The notes under the pieces: model-generated
The model's input: only the letters and a program-made list of their open reading frames with translations
Databases searched by the model: none
What the model was told of the DNA's origin: nothing
Shown: in pieces, positions 55,601-64,000 of the stretch
How the letters are laid out: each line of letters begins with the position of its first letter
Position numbering within the stretch: the stretch's first letter is position 1
Program-made: the position numbers and the translations under genes
NCBI GenBank assembly: GCA_046563655.1
Contig: JAJCTO010000014.1
Location: 248,001 to 312,000, forward strand
From: Yuukianura sp. NJ FZ-2021
Lineage: Eukaryota
Length of the DNA: 64,000 bases
Reading direction: 5' to 3'

Positions 55601-58600
55601 AAAAATTTCCCTCCTCACGAACTGAGGGGTTTTAGCGTTCAAAAGTTTAAATTCTGAATGTGGAGAGAGGCGACTCTGCCATCGCTGTACTATGAGTCCT
55701 TCCTAGACGTGATCAAATTTCCAACAATTCCAAAAACAACACAAGTGTTAGCGGTCAAAGTTTGAAGTTACGGCCCCATGCAAACCGGGTAGAAACTTCG
55801 CTCACGGGGGTTCTAAAACCCGATGCAAACTTTTGAATCATTTAAAAAAAAATCCCTCCTCACGAACTGAGGGGTTTTAGCGTTCAAAAGTTTAAATTCT
55901 GAATGTGGAGAGAGGCGACTCTGCCATCGCTGTACTATGAGTCCTTCATAGACGTGATCAAATTTCCAACAATTCCAAAAACAACACAAGTGTTAGCGGT
56001 CAAAGTTTGAAGTTACGGCCCCATGCAAACCGGGTAGAAACTTCGCTCACGGGGGGTTCTAAAACCCGATGCAAACTTTTGAATCATTTAAAAAAATTTC
56101 CCTCCTCACGAACTGAGGGGTTTTAGCGTTCAAAAGTTTAAATTCTGAATGTGGAGAGAGGCGACTCTGCCATCGCTGTACTATGAGTCCTTCCTAGACG
56201 TGATCAAATTTCCAACAATTCCAAAAACAACACTAGTGTTAGCGGTCAAAGTTTGAAGTTACGGCCCCATGCAAACCGGGTAGAAACTTCGCTCACGGGG
56301 GGTTCTAAAACCCGATGCAAACTTTTGAATCATTTAAAAAAATGTCCCTCCTCACGAACTGAGGGGTTTTAGCGTTCAAAAGTTTAAATTCTGAATGTGG
56401 AGAGAGGCGTCTCTGCCATCGCTGTACTATGAGTCCTTCCTAGACGTGATCAAATTTCCGACAATTCCAAAAACAACACAAGTGTTAGTGGTCAAAGTTT
56501 GAAGTTACGGCCCCATGCAAACCAGGTAGAAACTTCGCTCACGGGGGTTCTAAAAGCCGATGCAAACTTTTGAATCATTTAAAAAAATTTCCCTCCTCAC
56601 GAACTGAGGGGTTTTAGCGTTCAAAAGTTTGAATTCTGAATGTGGAGAGAGGCGACTCTGCCATCGCTGTACTATGAGTCCTTCCTAGACGTGATCAAAT
56701 TTCCGACAATTCCAAAAACAACACAAGTGTTAGCGGTCAAAGTTTGAAGTTATGGCCTCATGCAAACCGGGTAGAAACTTCGTTCAAGGGGGGTTCTAAA
56801 AGCCGATGCAAACTTTTGAATCATTTAAGAAAAATTTCCCTCACGAACTGAGGGGTTTTAGCGTTCAAAAGTTTAAATTCTGAATGTGGAGAGAGGCGTC
56901 TCTGCCGTCGCTGTACTATGAGTCCTTCCTAGACGTGATCAAATTTCCGACAATTCCAAAAACAACACAAGTGTTGGCGGTCAAAGTTTGAAGTTACGGC
57001 CCCATGCAAACCGGGTAGAAACTTCGCTCACGGGGGTTCTAAAAGGCGATGCAAACTTTTGAATCATTTAAAAAAATGTCCCTCCTCACGAACTGAGGGG
57101 TTTTAGCGTTCAAAAGTTTAAATTCTGAATGTGGAGAGAGGCGTCTCTGCCATCGCTGTACTATGAGTCCTTCCTAGACGTGATCAAATTTCCGACAATT
57201 CCAAAAACAACACAAGTGTTAGTGGTCAAAGTTTGAAGTTACGGCCCCATGCAAACCAGGTAGAAACTTCGCTCACGGGGGTTCTAAAAGCCGATGCAAA
57301 CTTTTGAATCATTTAAAAAAATTTCCCTCCTCACGAACTGAGGGGTTTTAGCGTTCAAAAGTTTAAATTCTGAATGTGGAGAGAGGCGACTCTGCCATCG
57401 CTGTACTATGAGTCCTTCCTAGACGTGATCAAATTTCCGACAATTCCAAAAACAACACAAGTGTTAGCGGTCAAAGTTTGAAGTTATGGCCTCATGCAAA
57501 CCGGGTAGAAACTTCGTTCAAGGGGGTTCTAAAAGCCGATGCAAACTTTTGAATCATTTAAAAAAATGTCCCTCACGAACTGAGGGGTTTTAGCGTTCAA
57601 AAGTTTAAATTCTGAATGTGGAGAGAGGCGTCTCTGCCGTCGCTGTACTATGAGTCCTTCCTAGACGTGATCAAATTTCCGACAATTCCAAAAACAACAC
57701 AAGTGTTGGCGGTCAAAGTTTGAAGTTACGGCCCCATGCAAACCGGGTAGAAACTTCGCTCACGGGGGGTTCTAAAAGCCGATGCAAACTTTTGAATCAT
57801 TTAAAAAAAAATTTCCCTCCTCACGAACTGAGGGGTTTTAGCGTTCAAAAGTTTAAATTCTGAATGTGGAGAGAGGCGACTCTGCCATCGCTGTACTATG
57901 AGTCCTTCCTAGACGTGATCAAATTTCCGACAATTCCAAAAACAACACAAGTGTTAGCGGTCAAAGTTTGAAGTTATGGCCTCATGCAAACCGGGTAGAA
58001 ACTTCGTTCAAGGGGGTTCTAAAAGCCGATGCAAACTTTTGAATCATTTAAAAGAATTTCCCTCACGAACTGAGGGGTTTTAGCGTTCAAAAGTTTAAAT
58101 TCTGAATGTGGAGAGAGGCGTCTCTGCCGTCGCTGTACTATGAGTCCTTCCTAGACGTGATCAAATTTCCGACAATTCCAAAAACAACACAAGTGTTGGC
58201 GGTCAAAGTTTGAAGTTACGGCCCCATGCAAACCGGGTAGAAACTTCGCTCACGGGGGTTCTAAAACCCGATGCAAACTTTTGAATCATTTAAAAAAATT
58301 TCCCTCCTCACGAACTGAGGGGTTTTAGCGTTCAAAAGTTTAAATTCTGAATGTGGAGAGAGGCGACTCTGCCATCGCTGTACTATGAGTCCTTCCTAGA
58401 CGTGATCAAATTTCCAACAATTCCAAAAACAACACAAGTGTTAGCGGTCAAAGTTTGAAGTTACGGCCCCATGCAAACCGGGTAGAAACTTCGCTCACGG
58501 GGGGTTCTAAAACCCGATGCAAACTTTTGAATCATTTAAAAAAATTTCCCTCCTCACGAACTGAGGGGTTTTAGCGTTCAAAAGTTTAAATTCTGAATGT

Positions 58601-61600
58601 GAAGAGAGGCGACTCTGCCATCGCTGTACTATGAGTCCTTCCTAGACGTGATCAAATTTCCAACAATTCCAAAAACAACACAAGTGTTAGCGGTCAAAGT
58701 TTGAAGTTACGGCCCCATGCAAACCGGGTAGAAACTTCGCTCACGGGGGTTCTAAAACCCGATGCAAACTTTTGAATCATTTAAAAAAATTTCCCTCCTC
58801 ACGAACTGAGGGGTTTTAGCGTTCAAAAGTTTAAATTCTGAATGTGGAGAGAGGCGACTCTGCCATCGCTGTACTATGAGTCCTTCCTAGACGTGATCAA
58901 ATTTCCAACAATTCCAAAAACAACACAAGTGTTAGCGGTCAAAGTTTGAAGTTACGGCCCCATGCAAACCGGGTAGAAACTTCGCTCACGGGGGTTCTAA
59001 AACCCGATGCAAACTTTTGAATCATTTAAAAAAATTTCCCTCCTCACGAACTGAGGGGTTTTAGCGTTCAAAAGTTTAAATTCTGAATGTGGAGAGAGGC
59101 GTCTCTGCCATCGCTGTACTATGAGTCCTTCCTAGACGTGATCAAATTTCCGACAATTCCAAAAACAACACAAGTGTTAGTGGTCAAAGTTTGAAGTTAC
59201 GGCCCCATGCAAACCAGGTAGAAACTTCGCTCACGGGGGTTCTAAAAGCCGATGCAAACTTTTGAATCATTTAAAAAAAATTTCCCTCCTCACGAACTGA
59301 GGGGTTTTAGCGTTCAAAAGTTTAAATTCTGAATGTGGAGAGAGGCGACTCTGCCATCGCTGTACTATGAGTCCTTCCTAGACGTGATCAAATTTCCGAC
59401 AATTCCAAAAACAACACAAGTGTTAGCGGTCAAAGTTTGAAGTTATGGCCTCATGCAAACCGGGTAGAAACTTCGTTCACGGGGGGTTCTAAAAGCCGAT
59501 GCAAACTTTTGAATCATTTAAAAAAATTTCCCTCACGAACTGAGGGGTTTTAGCGTTCAAAAGTTTAAATTCTGAATGTGGAGAGAGGCGTCTCTGCCGT
59601 CGCTGTACTATGAGTCCTTCCTAGACGTGATCAAATTTCCGACAATTCCAAAAACAACACAAGTGTTGGCGGTCAAAGTTTGAAGTTACGGCCCCATGCA
59701 AACCGGGTAGAAACTTCGCTCACGGGGGGTTCTAAAAGCCGATGCAAACTTTTGAATCATTTAAAAAAAATTTCCCTCCTCACGAACTGAGGGGTTTTAG
59801 CGTTCAAAAGTTTAAATTCTGAATGTGGAGAGAGGCGACTCTGCCATCGCTGTACTATGAGTCCTTCCTAGACGTGATCAAATTTCCAACAATTCCAAAA
59901 ACAACACAAGTGTTAGCGGTCAAAGTTTGAAGTTACGGCCCCATGCAAACCGGGTAGAAACTTCGCTCACGGGGGGTTCTAAAACCCGATGCAAACTTTT
60001 GAATCATTTAAAAAAAATTTCCCTCCTCACGAACTGAGGGGTTTTAGCGTTCAAAAGTTTAAATTCTGAATGTGGAGAGAGGCGACTCTGCCATCGCTGT
60101 ACTATGAGTCCTTCATAGACGTGATCAAATTTCCAACAATTCCAAAAACAACACAAGTGTTAGCGGTCAAAGTTTGAAGTTACGGCCCCATGCAAACCGG
60201 GTAGAAACTTCGCTCACGGGGGGTTCTAAAACCCGATGCAAACTTTTGAATCATTTAAAAAAAATTTCCCTCCTCACGAACTGAGGGGTTTTAGCGTTCA
60301 AAAGTTTAAATTCTGAATGTGGAGAGAGGCGACTCTGCCATCGCTGTACTATGAGTCCTTCCTAGACGTGATCAAATTTCCAACAATTCCAAAAACAACA
60401 CTAGTGTTAGCGGTCAAAGTTTGAAGTTACGGCCCCATGCAAACCGGGTAGAAACTTCGCTCACGGGGGGTTCTAAAACCCGATGCAAACTTTTGAATCA
60501 TTTAAAAAAATTTCCCTCCTCACGAACTGAGGGGTTTTAGCGTTCAAAAGTTTAAATTCTGAATGTGGAGAGAGGCGTCTCTGCCATCGCTGTACTATGA
60601 GTCCTTCCTAGACGTGATCAAATTTCCGACAATTCCAAAAACAACACAAGTGTTAGTGGTCAAAGTTTGAAGTTACGGCCCCATGCAAACCAGGTAGAAA
60701 CTTCGCTCACGGGGGGTTCTAAAAGCCGATGCAAACTTTTGAATCATTTAAAAAAAAAATTCCCTCCTCACGAACTGAGGGGTTTTAGCGTTCAAAAGTT
60801 TGAATTCTGAATGTGGAGAGAGGCGACTCTGCCATCGCTGTACTATGAGTCCTTCCTAGACGTGATCAAATTTCCGACAATTCCAAAAACAACACAAGTG
60901 TTAGCGGTCAAAGTTTGAAGTTATGGCCTCATGCAAACCGGGTAGAAACTTCGTTCAAGGGGGGTTCTAAAAGCCGATGCAAACTTTTGAATCATTTAAA
61001 AAAGTTCCCCTCACGAACTGAGGGGTTTTAGCGTTCAAAAGTTTAAATTCTGAATGTGGAGAGAGGCGTCTCTGCCGTCGCTGTACTATGAGTCCTTCCT
61101 AGACGTGATCAAATTTCCGACAATTCCAAAAACAACACAAGTGTTGGCGGTCAAAGTTTGAAGTTACGGCCCCATGCAAACCGGGTAGAAACTTCGCTCA
61201 CGGGGGTTCTAAAAGGCGATGCAAACTTTTGAATCATTTAAAAAAATTTCCCTCCTCACGAACTGAGGGGTTTTAGCGTTCAAAAGTTTAAATTCTGAAT
61301 GTGGAGAGAGGCGTCTCTGCCATCGCTGTACTATGAGTCCTTCCTAGACGTGATCAAATTTCCGACAATTCCAAAAACAACACAAGTGTTAGTGGTCAAA
61401 GTTTGAAGTTACGGCCCCATGCAAACCAGGTAGAAACTTCGCTCACGGGGGTTCTAAAAGCCGATGCAAACTTTTGAATCATTTAAAAAAATTTCCCTCC
61501 TCACGAACTGAGGGGTTTTAGCGTTCAAAAGTTTAAATTCTGAATGTGGAGAGAGGCGACTCTGCCATCGCTGTACTATGAGTCCTTCCTAGACGTGATC

Positions 61601-64000
61601 AAATTTCCGACAATTCCAAAAACAACACAAGTGTTAGCGGTCAAAGTTTGAAGTTATGGCCTCATGCAAACCGGGTAGAAACTTCGTTCAAGGGGGGTTC
61701 TAAAAGCCGATGCAAACTTTTGAATCATTTAAAAAAATTTCCCTCACGAACTGAGGGGTTTTAGCGTTCAAAAGTTTAAATTCTGAATGTGGAGAGAGGC
61801 GTCTCTGCCGTCGCTGTACTATGAGTCCTTCCTAGACGTGATCAAATTTCCGACAATTCCAAAAACAACACAAGTGTTGGCGGTCAAAGTTTGAAGTTAC
61901 GGCCCGATGCAAACCGGGTAGAAACTTCGCTCACGGGGGTTCTAAAAGCCGATGCAAACTTTTGAATCATTTACAAAAAATTTCCCTCCTCACGAACTGA
62001 GGGGTTTTAGCGTTCAAAAGTTTAAATTCTGAATGTGGAGAGAGGCGACTCTGCCATCGCTGTACTATGAGTCCTTCCTAGACGTGATCAAATTTCCGAC
62101 AATTCCAAAAACAACACAAGTGTTAGCGGTCAAAGTTTGAAGTTATGGCCTCATGCAAACCGGGTAGAAACTTCGTTCAAGGGGGTTCTAAAAGCCGATG
62201 CAAACTTTTGAATCATTTAAAAGAATTTCCCTCACGAACTGAGGGGTTTTAGCGTTCAAAAGTTTAAATTCTGAATGTGGAGAGAGGCGTCTCTGCCGTC
62301 GCTGTACTATGAGTCCTTCCTAGACGTGATCAAATTTCCGACAATTCCAAAAACAACACAAGTGTTGGCGGTCAAAGTTTGAAGTTACGGCCCCATGCAA
62401 ACCGGGTAGAAACTTCGCTCACGGGGGTTCTAAAAGCCGATGCAAACTTTTGAATCATTTAAAAAAATTTCCCTCCTCACGAACTGAGGGGTTTTAGCGT
62501 TCAAAAGTTTAAATTCTGAATGTGGAGAGAGGCGACTCTGCCATCGCTGTACTATGAGTCCTTCCTAGACGTGATCAAATTTCCAACAATTCCAAAAACA
62601 ACACAAGTGTTAGCGGTCAAAGTTTGAAGTTACGGCCCCATGCAAACCGGGTAGAAACTTCGCTCACGGGGTGTTCTAAAACCCGATGCAAAATTTTGAA
62701 TCATTTAAAAAAAATTTCCCTCCTCACGAACTGAGGGGTTTTAGCGTTCAAAAGTTTAAATTCTGAATGTGAAGAGAGGCGACTCTGCCATCGCTGTACT
62801 ATGAGTCCTTCCTAGACGTGATCAAATTTCCAACAATTCCAAAAACAACACAAGTGTTAGCGGTCAAAGTTTGAAGTTACGGCCCCATGCAAACCGGGTA
62901 GAAACTTCGCTCACGGGGGGTTCTAAAACCCGATGCAAACTTTTGAATCATTTAAAAAAAATTTCCCTCCTCACGAACTGAGGGGTTTTAGCGTTCAAAA
63001 GTTTAAATTCTGAATGTGGAGAGAGGCGACTCTGCCATCGCTGTACTATGAGTCCTTCCTAGACGTGATCAAATTTGCAACAATTCCAAAAACAACACAA
63101 GTGTTAGCGGTCAAAGTTTGAAGTTACGGCCCCATGCAAACCGGGTAGAAACTTCGCTCACGGGGGTTCTAAAACCCGATGCAAACTTTTGAATCATTTA
63201 AAAAAATGTCCCTCCTCACGAACTGAGGGGTTTTAGCGTTCAAAAGTTTAAATTCTGAATGTGGAGAGAGGCGTCTCTGCCATCGCTGTACTATGAGTCC
63301 TTCCTAGACGTGATCAAATTTCCGACAATTCCAAAAACAACACAAGTGTTAGTGGTCAAAGTTTGAAGTTACGGCCCCATGCAAACCAGGTAGAAACTTC
63401 GCTCACGGGGGGTTCTAAAAGCCGATGCAAACTTTTGAATCATTTAAAAAAAATTTCCCTCCTCACGAACTGAGGGGTTTTAGCGTTCAAAAGTTTAAAT
63501 TCTGAATGTGGAGAGAGGCGACTCTGCCATCGCTGTACTATGAGTCCTTCCTAGACGTGATCAAATTTCCGACAATTCCAAAAACAACACAAGTGTTAGC
63601 GGTCAAAGTTTGAAGTTATGGCCTCATGCAAACCGGGTAGAAACTTCGTTCAAGGGGGGTTCTAAAAGCCGATGCAAACTTTTGAATCATTTAAAAAAAA
63701 TTTCCCTCACGAACTGAGGGGTTTTAGCGTTCAAAAGTTTAAATTCTGAATGTGGAGAGAGGCGTCTCTGCCATCGCTGTACTATGAGTCCTTCCTAGAC
63801 GTGATCAAATTTCCGACAATTCCAAAAACAACACAAGTGTTGGCGGTCAAAGTTTGAAGTTACGGCCCCATGCAAACCGGGTAGAAACTTCGCTCACGGG
63901 GGGTTCTAAAAGCCGATGCAAACTTTTGAATCATTTAAAAAAATTTCCCTCCTCACGAACTGAGGGGTTTTAGCGTTCAAAAGTTTAAATTCTGAATGTG
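52650..64000 (+). repeat. ~245-bp satellite DNA array, block 3 (~46 monomers, runs off the window)
   Basis: Same monomer and orientation, in phase with block 2 across the TSD. Confidence 0.99.

Overview
Eukaryotic (probably invertebrate) heterochromatin-like window built on one ~245-bp tandem satellite (about 130 monomers: 8073-22411, 23100-29273, 52650-64000). It contains two distinct Polinton/Maverick endogenous virus-like transposons. Polinton-1 (1-~8072, left part outside the window) has the pPolB C-terminus, a spliced BIR+RING IAP, packaging ATPase (1 intron), minor and major capsids, integrase, cysteine protease and basic core proteins. Near its end sits a Pol III-type tRNA-like head followed by a ~240-nt hairpin. 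Polinton-2 (29274-52649, 23.4 kb, AG...CT termini, imperfect TIRs, 6-bp TSD CATTTA) is a complete insertion into the satellite and is very intron-rich (25+ hand-predicted short spliceosomal introns, two with GC donors). It encodes a 7-exon PIF1 helicase, a pPolB whose proofreading motifs are degenerate, three Cys-rich (PSI-like) single-pass membrane proteins and zinc-finger/chromo-like genes. No packaging ATPase was recognised in it. It carries B-box elements in its subtermini and two nested DNA transposons (a pogo-type deletion derivative and an IS3EU-like foldback element). An LTR-less Ty3/gypsy RNaseH-integrase fragment is captured in the satellite at a duplication junction. All splice models and family calls were made by hand from motifs; no database searches were run.
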